Of a DNA stretch of 64,000 nucleotides, positions 12,801 to 24,700 are shown one piece after another; the stretch's first letter is position 1; each line of letters opens with the position of its first letter. Location: assembly GCA_038087875.1 (NCBI GenBank), contig CM075991.1, positions 12,712,001 to 12,776,000 of the forward strand. Reading direction: 5' to 3'. This DNA is from Malacoraja senta. Lineage: Eukaryota. Made by a program: the position numbers and the translations under genes. Under the pieces are notes generated by a model, which ran no database searches, was not told where the DNA came from, and saw only the letters and a list, made by a program, of their open reading frames with translations.

Positions 12801-14701
12801 CACACACAGGCCCTTTGAGTGAACCTCTCCGTTGCAATCAAGATGCTCACCTTAACTAGCCCAATTTGCCTTTTTGTTTGACCCATTTTTTTGCACTTGG
12901 ATCTGACATTTTGATAACTGCTGATTTCCAGTGCCTTTTCCTTCCAGATTCTAGCATCCATACTTTCTTGTGTATTCTTCATCTTCTGCACTGTTCAGCT
13001 TCATGGGATTTTTTTCAATAGCAGAGCGACCAAAACTACAGACCACTCAAATGTGGTCTTGCCGATGTCTTGAACAACCGCAATATAACATCCCAGATTC
13101 TATACACAATGAATGCTCTGAGTGAAGGCCAGCGTGCTAAAACCCGACTTTGCCATCCTGTCTGCCTGTGGTGGTACTTTCATGGGATTGTGTTCTTGTA
13201 CTCCAAGGTCCCTTCTACAAAACTCCCCACGGTCCACACAGGATGTCACATCTAATGTTACATGGTTTCAAATTAGAAAAATTGTTCCTAATGGCATATT
13301 TGAGTAATTTACAAGTCATGCTGTCTTGATTTTTACAGGGTGGGGATTTCACAAAAGGCAACGGCACTGGTGGCAAATCAATCTATGGTAACAAATTTCC
13401 AGATGAGAACTTCATACTTAAACATGAAGAAGCAGGTGAGAGTGGGCAAACTAAAATTTTTGGTTTTCATGAAACAGATTTTTTTGGGTGGGCATCTATT
13501 ATTTTAACATTGAGTTGCAATTCATTTAAATTTGCATATAAATTGCCTGATGGGGGCTACATTTTCTAACTACTTGGAATACAGTTCATGAGTAAAAGAG
13601 TGGACGTAGTCTTATGATTCCCAAATGGGGAGTTGGTTGAAAATAATGGAGGTGGGATATCCAGTGAATCCTGTGGAATGAATATTAATGTCTAATACCA
13701 ATACCAGGGATCAACCCAAAGGTCGTCTGATCGGGGTACTAAATAATGTTTATTTTATTGGGGTAGGGGTGTGAAGAAAATAATGTTTTATGTTGTTCAT
13801 TCTGACCTATGCATTTTTTAAGTATTTGATATGCTGTTTTTCCCAGGAACATTGTCAATGGCAAATGCTGGGCCCAATACAAACGGATCACAATTTTTTA
13901 TCTGTACTTCAAAAACTACCTGGTAAGTTATTTCTGGTGCCGTAGAGGGATTTGTGTTGTATTGACTGAGGTGTGAATTGATTGTCCTTTAGTGGTGTGT
14001 GCTCCAAGGTGTACGATGTCCAGTTTTGAAATATCAAACGATATGGAATTACTTAAATGTTTCACCCCCTGTACTTTAGTCCACTCCTGCGTGTGTTTGT
14101 AAGACTTGTACATGAGCCAGGGCTACATCAGTCCAGCAGTTGCAAATACAACTTACACTGAACTCTGGTTTTACTTCTCTAGTGCTCACCTCATGGAATT
14201 TCTATTTACAATGTGCAAATGACTAGTAAACAATGATAGTTTGCAACAGAGTGCTGTATTTCAGCAAGGAATGTTAAAATGGAACGCTACTGACTATCCT
14301 GGGGCATAAATCCACTTCTGTTAGTTTGTATGAAAATAAACATTTGTTGACATGGTGTTAACTCTTTATGGGGCTAATTATGCTTTAAATCCCTTTCCTT
14401 GTAGATTTTTTTTCCTTTGGCTCCTTTCGCATTTTAATTCTGTCTATTTACATCAGTCTTGCCTCCAGGTGAATTTCAGATCATGACCACTCTTTTGCTA
14501 ATGTGAGATTCTTAAATATGTGTCTTGCTATGTCAACAGAATATTAATCCACCTTTTGTATTTTTCAGGTTGGATGGAAAGCATGTTGTGTTTGGGAAGG
14601 TCGTAGAAGGCATGGATCTTGTGAAAAAAATGGAATCAAAGGGATCTCAGAGTGGAAAGACGAGTGTTGTTGTTAGTATTATGGACTGTGGTGATGCATG
14701 A
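8415..14701 (+). CDS. PPIA: Cyclophilin-type peptidyl-prolyl isomerase (PPIA-like, PPIF-like exon layout), 166 aa, 6 coding exons
   Basis: Exons 8415-8489, 9178-9208, 10559-10647, 13339-13435, 13847-13922, 14569-14701 (75+31+89+97+76+133=501 nt), all GT-AG and in frame: [166 protein letters not shown]. Cyclophilin motifs FHRII, MANAG, GSQFFI and [10 protein letters not shown] are intact. The family is certain; exact orthology (PPIA vs paralogue) is not. Confidence 0.93.
9178..9208 (+). CDS. PPIA: Cyclophilin coding exon 2
   Basis: Pyrimidine tract + TTAG|; [10 protein letters not shown]; donor G|GTGAGG; 31 nt. Confidence 0.93.
9785..9838. repeat. (TA)n/(TG)n microsatellite
   Basis: Direct read. 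Confidence 0.9.
9881..10360 (-). mobile_element. CR1 3' fragment (young subfamily) in cyclophilin intron 2
   Basis: [21 protein letters not shown]; near-identical to 38225-38708. Confidence 0.93.
10559..10647 (+). CDS. PPIA: Cyclophilin coding exon 3
   Basis: [30 protein letters not shown]; donor CAG|GTATGT; 89 nt. Confidence 0.94.
13339..13435 (+). CDS. PPIA: Cyclophilin coding exon 4
   Basis: [40 protein letters not shown]| and G|GTGAGA; 97 nt. Confidence 0.95.
13847..13922 (+). CDS. PPIA: Cyclophilin coding exon 5
   Basis: [32 protein letters not shown]| and TG|GTAAGT; 76 nt. Confidence 0.95.
14569..14701 (+). CDS. PPIA: Cyclophilin coding exon 6 (stop)
   Basis: [51 protein letters not shown]|; TGA 14699-14701. 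Confidence 0.95.
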
Positions 14702-14944
14702 CGGAACCATTCCTAATAGCTGTTCAAGGAAAGTCTCTACCCAATGGTATTGTCATAAAGATGGCAGAATTCAAATTGTCAAGTTAATTATGTGATTTGT
14801 ACATTTCCAAACAACCTGAGGCTTTTGACCAGGTTGGTCTAACCCATCAATTTAGTGATCTGTAGTAGTGCTTGGCCATTTAACTTTCTGGTATATAATG
14901 GAACTATTCATTAATTTTAGCCTCGTACGAAAACACTTCATTCA

Positions 14945-14950
14945 AATAAA
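14945..14950 (+). terminator. Polyadenylation signal of the cyclophilin gene
   Basis: AATAAA about 245 nt after the stop, followed by T-rich sequence. Confidence 0.7.
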
Positions 14951-15139
14951 AGTATGCACTTGCTCACCAAACTTGCTCTTAATTGTTTAAATTGATTCCA
15001 ACATGTTATACTCTTGTACCAAGACACTGTGAAAAGCTGTGTGCGCTTTCTAGTTAAATCATACCACAATCATACAATTGTGTGAGTAAAAGGGTGGAAA
15101 AATTGTGATGGATTATAGTAGATCATCTTCTGGGACAGC

Positions 15140-15345
15140 AGGTGGCACAGCAGTAGAGTTGCCTCCTTACAGTGCCAGAAACCCAGTTTTGATCCAAGCT
15201 ACAGATGTTTGCACAGAGTTTGACATGGGTTCTCCAGGTGATCCGATTTCCTCCTACACTCAACAACTACATTTTGTACATGAATTGGCTTTTGTAAATT
15301 GTTCCTAGTGTAGGATATTGCCAGTGTACAGGGTGATTGTTGGTT
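15140..15345 (+). mobile_element. Degenerate HE1/V-SINE
   Basis: GGTGGCACAGCAGTAGAGTTGCCTCCTTACAG head shared with 55184 and 45779. Confidence 0.7.
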
Positions 15346-15777
15346 AGTAATCTCAAGTCTAAAGTAAATCTTGCAATTTTCAAGTCTCTGAAAATACAAG
15401 TCTGGCACTGGATTGATATAGGGATCAATGTTGGTTTCTTTCACAAACACCACTGGCCACCCTTCAGCTGTGTTCTACGTGGCTGTCAAACTACAACCCC
15501 AGGTCTTCCTCGACAAAGCTACACAAGATGTTGTAAAAAGCCAACTCTTGCTTTCTCTGCCTCCTTTTAATACACTCCAGTTCAGACGTAACAAATCATT
15601 AAAAGATCAAATGCAACATATAATTAGGAAAGCACATTTATTGTCCAAAATTTCCTGGATTTGGGGATGATTTCATTGGATTTAAAATGTCTGAATCTAT
15701 TATACAGCTATTTGCCTAGTACTGCTTCCCTGGTGACTAACTCCCCAAATTCCTGATTTGGAACTATTTCTGTAATA

Positions 15778-16748
15778 TAGTAATAGTAATTTTATTGTCA
15801 ATTCACATAATGTAACGAGTAGTTACACAGAGGATTGAAATTGCGTTTCTCCATACTCCAATGTGCAAGTAATATTTATAAAACAGACAGACAGTGTACC
15901 AATAAATGTAGACAATGGACATATACATTATATAAAATATTCATTAATAAAAGGTGCAATATAGCATACTGTGCAAGTAGCATACTGCAGACATTGTGTT
16001 AAAGTTAATTTGTCAGTCAGTTGGTCTTTGTGTAATGTTCATGGAATTTTCTTTAGTGTGTTGAGAAGTCTGATGGCCTGAGGGAAAAAGCTGTTTTTGA
16101 ATCTTGTGGTTTTGCTCCGCATGCTGCGGTAGCGCTTGCCGGATGGTAGGAGGGTGAACAGTTTGTGTGCTGGGTGGGTGGTGTCTTTGATGATGTTAGT
16201 TGCTCTCTTGCGACAGCGAGATGGATATAAGTCTTGAATTGCTGGTTGGGGTGATCTAGTGATCTTCTCCGCTGTCCTCACCACTCTCTGTAGGGCCTTC
16301 TGGTCAGCAGCAGAGCAACTGCCATACCAGACTGAGAGACTGCTGGTAAGAATGCTCTCAATGGCACCCCTGTAAAAAGTTGTGAGGGCAGAAGGGGGGA
16401 GGTCGGCTCTCCTCATCTGTCGAAGGAAGTGGAGGCGTTGCTGTGCTTTCTTGACTAGGGAGATGGTGTTGGTGGACCATGTCTGATCATCTGTGATGTG
16501 TACTCCCAGGAACTTGGTGCTTTTCACAGACTCCACTGCACTGCCATTTATGGTGAGTGGGATGTGTGCTGCCTGTTTCTTCCTGAAGTCCACAGTTATT
16601 TCTTTCGTTTTGTTGACATTGAGTTGAAGGTTATTGATGTCACACCAGTTGATGAGTTGTTGTACCTCCTCTCTGTAGGCTGAGTCGTCATCGTGGCTGA
16701 TGAGGCCCACCACTGTTGTGTCATCTGCGAACTTGATGATGTGTTCAT
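15778..16748 (-). mobile_element. Rex1/Babar LINE 3' fragment (RT)
   Basis: IIKFADDTTVVGLI, LNVNKTKEITVDFRK, FYRGAIESILT, RFKNSFFPQAIRLLN; tail TGACAATAAA + (TTACTA)n. Confidence 0.9.
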
Positions 16749-19089
16749 TGTATAAGCAAAGACAGTCAAAATAACGTTTAATTCTTCATGCACCATGTAC
16801 CATGCACACTTTGGTTCTTTTTTTTATACATGTATAGGAAAAACTAGCTGATTTTATATTTCTGGTTTATTTTGTCTCATGATCTACTATTTGCATTACA
16901 TTCTTTGTTCATATTCTGTCCAATCTTCTGACCAACTAACCATCCTCTTTATTTTTGATTTGATCTTACACATTTTTATTTAACAATGAAATGCTACTAC
17001 CATCTTACACCATCACCTCGCAGTGATTTGGGATAGTTCTCCCTCTTTCAATTTACACTCAGTTCATCTGTTTTGTTTCTGTGTACATTCTGCCAGAGCA
17101 TTCTTTCAGCCTCATCTACAAAATGATTCCTGGATATGTATCCTACATCCTATCCCTTCAAAGTCCATCATTTTCCACATTAATAGCTTTTTCTCCACAC
17201 TGATATACCACATCTTTGCAACTTATGACATCGTTATTTAAAATTGACAAATTCCCATTTCCCCAGTACTGGTCCCAATGCCAAACCAATCAGCCTACAT
17301 CAGTCTTTGATTTATGTATTAATATTTCTAATCTTATTTGTCTATATCAATTTACATGTAGCCTAGAAATTAATGGGAGATTATACTTCTGAATATGGTC
17401 CCATCTTCTAATACTAACTGTAGAACCTCTTTGTCCTGCCTCTGTGGTTGGTACTTGGTTTCAACGATGAGTAAAGCCTCCCCCTTCTGCTGTAAGTTCC
17501 TTTCCCACTTAATGCAGATATTCAGAATCATAAAAGGTGCACCATCTGTGGTGAACTGAAGAAGTGAAGGGTCTGAAGATGAGGTGTAATCCAAAACATC
17601 ATCTGTCCTTTTCTCCAAGTTAAAGATGGTAGTAGATTGAGAGACAAGCCATCTGTGAAGATCAGCAGTAGGTCTATGAATTAGAAGATGACACTAGGGA
17701 AATATGAAGGAGAAATGGCAGATTCTAAATATTGGCTGGAAACATTAAAAACAACGATAATTGAAAATCAAGGATTGTATGGAGAATGGAACATGAGGCA
17801 ACATGGCATGGAGGTGGTACTGGTAGATTAAAATTAAACGGGCAAAGTGATGCATTTTGAGAAGAGCAAAGAGTGCTTAATTGTCACGTATCAACAATGG
17901 AACAATGAAATTCTTATGGGTCCGCAATAAAACGCATAATATATGATAATCAAAAATACAATAAATTAATAACTAATACTAGATAACAGTGATAATGCAA
18001 AAACAAAAGTCCACAGAAGATCATAGGTGCTGAGATTAACGTTTCGAGCCAAGAACCTGATGGCTAACGAGAAAAAGCTGTTCTTAACTTGGTCAGTTTT
18101 CACGCCTTCCCAATGGTAGTTACGAAAGGAGAGCATAACCAGGATAGTGCAGTGGGTCTTTCATGACAATTGCTGCCTTTTTGAGGCAGCATCTATAGCT
18201 CCCTTCAATGGTGGGGAGGTCACTGATGATCAGGCCGTGTCTACCACTCTAGATACAAAGTGTGGTAGGGCTCCAGGGAGTGTTGAGGAATGGCAGGAAC
18301 AACTTCAGTGTTCAAATTGTAAGATGCCAGAAGGTGGCAGCACAGTTAGATAAGGTGATGAAAATGGCATTCGTAAGATTCGGAGGGGATATAAGTGTTT
18401 TCATTCATAGGGTGGTTGGAATCTGGAACATAGGTCCTATTATTGCACAGGAAAGTACATGAGGAGGTGAGTGGTTGGCGCGGATGAAAGTTCGGACCAG
18501 GGACTGGTGATAAGAACTGATCTGAATACTAAAAAGGAACGCAAAGATGTGTCTGATGGTGGATTACACTCAATGGTGAGAATTACAAAGGGTGAAGCAT
18601 AGATTGAGAGATATATGGTATTGGTGTATTATTGTCACGTGTAACAAGATGCAGTGCCAAACCTGTTATTTGAATTATAAGGGAGATAAAGGATATGGGA
18701 CAAATTGGAACGTAGTGTTGGGGTCAAGACTCAATCACACATTGATAATCAAAATAAGTAGATAATAGAATATCTGAAGTAAAAACAAAATGTTGCAAAT
18801 ACTTAGGAGGTCAGACAGCATCCATGGAGGGAGCAACAGAGTTAATGTTTCAGTTGGAAGACACTTCATCCGAAGTGAGAAAACAAGCAGAGTTAAGTTG
18901 CTGAGAAGATGAGGATGGGGTAGATGGGTGACTTTTTGAAGGGGGGGGGGGGGCAGTCTTACCCAGGTGTGGTGCTGATGTTTACTGGTGAAGTTTGGTA
19001 ATAGAGGGAGAGCATACAGATCGGTTACATCATGGCCTGGTTGGACAACTGGAATACCCAGGAACAATGGAGATCACAGAGAACAGAAT

Positions 19090-20315
19090 ATTGTAGGCAT
19101 AAATACAGATCAGATCAGTGTGACCATATACCATAGAATATATATATATATATACACACATAAATTAACAGATAAAGTGCAATAGGTGGTTATGGTTCAG
19201 AGTTTGTTTGAAGTTGTGTTTAATAGTCTGATGGCTGTGGGGAAGAAGCTGTTCCTGAACCTGGATGTTGCAGATTTCAGGCTCCTGTACCTTCTACCTG
19301 ATGGCAGCAGAGAGATGAGTGTGTGGCCAGGATGGTGTGGGTCCTTGATGATGCTGGCAGCCTTTTTGAGACAGCGACTGCGATAGATCCCCTCGATGGT
19401 AGGGAGGTCAGAGTCGATGATGGGTGGGCAGTGTTTACACCTTTCTGCAGCCTTTTCCGCTCCTGGATGCTCAAGTTGCCGTACCAAGCCACGATGCAAC
19501 CGGTCAGCACGCTCTCTACTGTGCACCTGGAGAAGCGCTAATGTGCTTTCTTTATGATTGCATCAGTGTTCTGGGACCGGGAGAGATCTTCGGAAACATG
19601 CACGCCCAGGAATTTGAAGTTCTTGACCCTTTCCACCATCGACCCGTTGACATAAATGGGACTGTGGGTCCCCATCCTACCCCTTCCGAATTCCATAATC
19701 AGTTTCTTGGTTTTGCTGGTGTTGAGAGACGGGTTATTGTGCTGGTACCATTTGGTCAATCAGTCGATCTCACTTCTACACGCTGACTCGTCCCCATCAG
19801 TGATATGTCCCACAACAGTGGTGTTGTTGGCGAACTTGATGGAGTACTATGGGTACAGAGTGAGTACAGCAGGGGGCTGAGCACGCAGCCTTGAGGTGCT
19901 CTCGTGCTGATTGTTATCGAGGCTGACACATCTCCACCAATACGGATAGACTGATCTGTGAATGAGGACGTCGAGGATCCAATTGCAGAGGGATGCGCAG
20001 AGACAGATCTGAGAGCTTGGTAACCAGTTTGGAGGGGATGATGCCGAGGGTATTAAATGCCGAGCTGATACCCTGAATAACAGCCTGACATGAGTTTTTG
20101 TTGTCCAAGTGGTCCAGAGCGGAGTGGAGAGCCAGTGAGATTGCATCCACCGTTGATCTGTTATGGCGGTAAGCGAATTGCAGTGGGTCCAGTTTTTTTT
20201 TGAGGTACGAGTTGATTTGCGCCATGATCAGCCTCTCAAAGCACTTCATCACCACAGACGTTAGTGCCACTGGTCGATAGTCATTGAGGCACGCCACCTT
20301 GCTCTTCTTGGGCAC
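19090..20315 (-). mobile_element. Rex1/Babar LINE fragment, frameshifted and internally deleted
   Basis: [45 protein letters not shown]. Confidence 0.9.
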
Positions 20316-20530
20316 AGAATGCTACAGGAGATCCTTCTTGCCTGTGGCTATCAAACTGCAACTCCTGCCCCTTCTGTCGTGTGGTAGACTGACTCCCCTA
20401 CCCCTTCCCAATCTTTGCACATCCACAATCCTGGACTGTCCACTCGTCACTTTAATTTCATGTATCTTGTTGTGTTTTATGACTGTTGGCAGACCAATTT
20501 TCCTCCTGGGACAAATAAAAGTTCCATCGT
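20316..20530 (+). mobile_element. Rex1/Babar 3' end (second subfamily)
   Basis: [15 protein letters not shown] followed by 3' UTR ending GGGACAAATAAAAGTT. Confidence 0.7.
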
Positions 20531-20614
20531 GTGGCACCAAGGGGGAAGAAGGTGCAGGACCCTGAATTCCTCTGCTGGGAACGTGGGAGCCAACGCTCTC
20601 CGTCGCTCCCAGTA

Positions 20615-21176
20615 CGTCAAGAAAGCCCACCTGTCCCCCCAGATCCTGACCAACTTCTACCGGTGTACCATCGAGAGCATCCTGACCACCTGCTTCACGG
20701 TATGGTACAGCAGCTGCACTGTTGCGGACAGGAAGGCACTACAACGGGTGGTGAAAACCGCGCAGCACATCATCGGTGCCCCGCTCCCTGCCATGGATGC
20801 CCTCCACCGAAAACGATGTCTGAAACGGGCTGGGAAGATCATTAAAGACCCCTCCCACCCCAACCATGGACTGTTTGCCCTCCTCCCATCAGGGAGGCGG
20901 TACGGGAGCCTCGGGTCTCGTACCAGTAGGATGAGGAACAGCTTCTACAATTATACCGTCGCATTGCTGAACTCGGAATCCCGCCGATAGATTCCTCCGG
21001 TCCCTCCGTCCCCATTGTTAATTATTCCGTATTTTTGATTATTCTGTATCCTCTTTTTTTTTTTTTTAAATTTCTATATTGCACTACTACTACGGACTGA
21101 CGCAAAACTGCATTTCGTTGTACCCATACTCAGTATTTGTGCAATGACATTAAAGTTGAATTGAATTGAATTGAAT
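20615..21176 (+). mobile_element. Rex1/Babar 3' end abutting the TMEM150A promoter
   Basis: NFYRCTIESILT...LFALLPSGRRY...RNSFY; tail GCAATGACATTAAAG(TTGAA)4. Confidence 0.9.
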
Positions 21177-21178
21177 GT

Positions 21179-21500
21179 CGCGGTGCACGCCGGGAGCTGT
21201 AGTCCAGTAGGCGAGGCGCGTGCGCGGTGCGGCGTGGCGGGGTGGAGCCAGGGCAGGGCGGGCCGGGAGCTGTAGTCCTGTAGGCGCGTGCGCGGTGTGG
21301 CGGGGTGGAGCCAGGGCAGGGTGGGCCGGGAGCTGTAGTCCTGTAGGCGAGGCGCGTGCGCAGTGCGGCGTGGCGGGGTGGAGCCAGGGCAGGGTGGGCC
21401 GGGAGCTGTAGTCCTGTAGGCGAGGCGCGTGCGCGGTGCGGCGTGGCGGGGTGGAGCCAGGGCAGGGCAGGGCAGGGCAGGGCGGGGTGGAGCCAGGTGC
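21179..21500. promoter_or_regulatory. TMEM150A promoter minisatellite: four 63-73 bp units, each with ZNF143/THAP11-type, NRF1-type and GC-box motifs
   Basis: GGGAGCTGTAGTC (reverse GACTACAGCTCCC) at 21192, 21265, 21328 and 21401; GCGCGTGCGC and GGCGGGG in each unit; followed by (GGGCA)n; CpG island runs through exon 1. Confidence 0.8.
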
Positions 21501-21682
21501 AGGGCGGGCTGGGCCGGGCTGGGCCGCGCCACGGGGGCGGGCCGTGCCGTGCCGTGTCGGGCCGTGCAGCAGGTGTGGAGTCCGCCGGGCCGGCTCCCAG
21601 TCGGTGAGGCGCGCCGTCCGTCCCTGCGTATGTAGAAGGCCGTGGCCCACCCGGGCTCAGGCGGCGAGCTCTGGGCTTCCCG

Positions 21683-21747
21683 ATGACTGCCTGGGTCATC
21701 CTCCCCGTCAGCCTGGCCGCCTTCTGCATCGCCGGCATCTGGATCGT
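21683..21747 (+). CDS. TMEM150A: TMEM150A coding exon 1
   Basis: [22 protein letters not shown]; donor GT|GTGAGT. Confidence 0.93.
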
Positions 21748-24700
21748 GTGAGTAACCTGATCTCCCCGGGGCTGCCGCCTGCCCACCTCCCTGCAGGCCT
21801 CTCCCTCCCTCTCTGGACCCCCCGCCTCACCTCGCCCTTTCTCTGGTCTCACTCAGCCACGCCGGCTCCGTAACTGGGTCCACCTCACGCCGCCTTTTGG
21901 CACTGATTTGCCAGCAGTGCTGGCTGGTGGAAGCGATGCACACACAGCGCAAAGAGTTTGCTCTAACCATGTCTGAAGTTTGCAGACAGACTTTCTGACC
22001 CTTCTGTATGAACTGTAGATGCAACGCACCCTTAAGAATAAGAGCTTGGCCGTTTAGAACTGAGATGAAGAAAACCCTTTTCACACAGAGTTGTGAATTT
22101 GTGGAATTCTCTGCCTCAGAAGGCAGTGGAGGCCGATTCACTGGTTGCATTCAAAAGAGAGATCGAGCTCTTAGGACTAGCGGATTCAAGGGATATGGGG
22201 AGAAGGCAGGAACGGGGTACTGATTGTGGATGATCAGCCATGATCACATTGAATGGGGGTGCTGACTCGAAGGGCCGAATGGCCTGCTCCTGCACCTATT
22301 GTCTATGTATCTATGTATGCAACCATAGCCCTATCTACACACCCTCCCCCCTCGCACTGCATTCACTATATTCACTTTAAAAAGACGACACATGCTGTAA
22401 ATCGGAAACAAAATCAAAATGTTTGAAAATCTCAGCAGCCTCTGTGGAATTGGATGTTCAATGTTTTAGTTTACCAAATACTGCCTGACCTACTGAGTTT
22501 TATCAGTGTTTTTTGTTATGGTCTCATATTTACTTTATGAAATAGAACTTGCGTGTCAGAAAGCAAGAATGAAAGAAAGGAGATGCAAAGAACTGCGATG
22601 CTGATAACTTGAGCAAAACACAAAGCGCCGGGAAACAGTGGATCGATCAGGCAGCATATGTGAGGGAATGGACAGATGACGTTTCGGGTTGGGACCCTTC
22701 CTCAGACTCATTCAGATAATCTAAACAAGGCTCCTGTTTTGAAAGAGAAGAAATGGTTAGGTGCATAGTTTAAAAGATGAGTTTGAGATGGTTTCCAAAA
22801 CTGGAGAGACAAGTAGATACAAAAAACTGGAGAGACAAGGCTACACTAGTCACACCTGCCTGCATTTGGTCCATATCCCTTCAAACCTGTCCTATCCATG
22901 TACCTGTCTAACTGTTTCTTAAATGTTGGGATATGCCTAATGGCCTACTCCTATGTTGGGATATGCCGAATGGCCTACTCATGCACCTATTTTCTAGTCC
23001 CTGCCTCAACTACCTCCTCTGGCAGCTCGTTCCATACACCCACCACCCTTTGTGTGGAAAAAGTTACCCCTCAGATTCCTATTAACTCTTTTCCCCTCCA
23101 CCTTAAACCTATGTCCTCTGGTCCTCGATTCACCCACTCTGGGCAAGAGACTCTGTGCATCTACCCGATCTATTCCTCTCATGATCTTATACACCTATGT
23201 TTTTCTGTGTTTAGTGGAATAGATGCACAAGTTACAATTTGTTTGCATTTGTGCACTGACTTTAATTGAAACATAAACGACTGTTGGATATTTAGGGAAT
23301 AGGGTTAATATAGGAAATTAGAGATGCAACAGAAGATCAGCCATGATCACATTAAACGGTAGAATTAGGTGCAAATTGCCAATTCTTTCTTCATATAATG
23401 ACAAAGCGATGTGTATTTTCAAACACAATTCAAGCAGGGCAGGTTTTAAGCACTGGTACACAAAAATGCTGGAGAAATAGCGGGTGCAGCAGCATCTATG
23501 GAGCGAAGGAAATAGGCAACGTTTCGGGTCGAACCCCTACTTTTTAAGCACTGTCTGCTTCAGCCTGGGAGAGTCGTGAATTGTATGGAGATTCTGCTAG
23601 GATTTATATGGTCATAAGTGATAGGGGCAGAATCAGGCCATTCGGCCCATCAAGTCTCCATTCAATCATGGCTGATCTATCTCTCCCTCCTAGCCCCATT
23701 CTCCTGCCTTTCGCCCCATAACCCCTGACACCTGTATTTTGGAGGAAACTTTAAAAAAAAAAAGTATTTTAAAGATGATTCCACTAGTCCATGACTTGAT
23801 TTAGTTAAGGGATTTGATAATGTACAGCAACTGATATGGAATTAAATGTTAATAGTGGAAGAACATTACTTGTTGTTCGACAATTGTGGAACCTGGCACA
23901 GTTAGAAATATTCCTAGAAAGTGCAGAATGTAAACAAACGAAAGGATGAACTTGGGACATTCTGGAAATGATTGCAAGGTGGCGAGAGATACTGAATACT
24001 GTACATGGGTTTAGGTGGGATTAGTGGGTCAGGCAAACAGAATTGAATTAGTGAAGAAGAAGTAATGTGGCTAATTATGACCCTGCAGTATTGAGGTAAG
24101 CTGCTTTTGGTACCTTTCCCAAGAGGATAATCCTCAACCATGAAACTGGTTGGCAGCTTATTCAAGTAGCTGAACCTGGTATTCAGTGCAATGCCTGAAA
24201 ATATTTTTCGTAATATTTTTCCACTACCTAATCCTGGATTATAATATTCAGTTGTACCCCTGATCAGCGTATTAACCATAATCTAGGAACCAGGTCTGAG
24301 AGATTCCATATGTGTGAATGTGTTTCCCTTTCATTGCTGTCATCTGTTAACATCAAAATTATACCTAGAAAGTAAAAGCAATATTAATACTTTGTTGCGT
24401 GAAATGATTTCAGAAATTATATTGGAGGAATTTTCTTTGGTCAGCCAGATTTATGATGCACAAAACTGCACTGTGTACAAGGGTCTCTAAAATAAACTGC
24501 TGTGAAATTGGAAGCATCTTCAGCTATGGGAAGCATAGGAATACAGCACTCTCAGTCTGAAGAAGGGCCTGGACCCGAAACGTCACTTAAATACATAGAT
24601 ACATAGAAAATAGGTGCAGGAGTAGGCCATTCGGCCCTTCGAGCCTGCACCGCCATTCAATATGATCATGGCTGATCATCCAACTCAGTATCCCGTACCT

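Noticed and set aside
13930..14320. Possible snoRNAs in cyclophilin intron 5
   Set aside because: No correctly spaced C/D boxes or pseudouridylation pockets seen.
16039..16713. 224-aa ORF as a host gene
   Set aside because: Rex1/Babar RT C-terminus with a LINE tail.
21074..21873. Several long ORFs (up to 240 aa) on both strands
   Set aside because: They are translations of the GC-rich promoter minisatellite; the real TMEM150A exon is 21683-21747.
22922..22995. 30-bp tandem duplication with an inverted CR1 tail scrap
   Set aside because: Small rearrangement inside a dead CR1 fragment; no sign of function.
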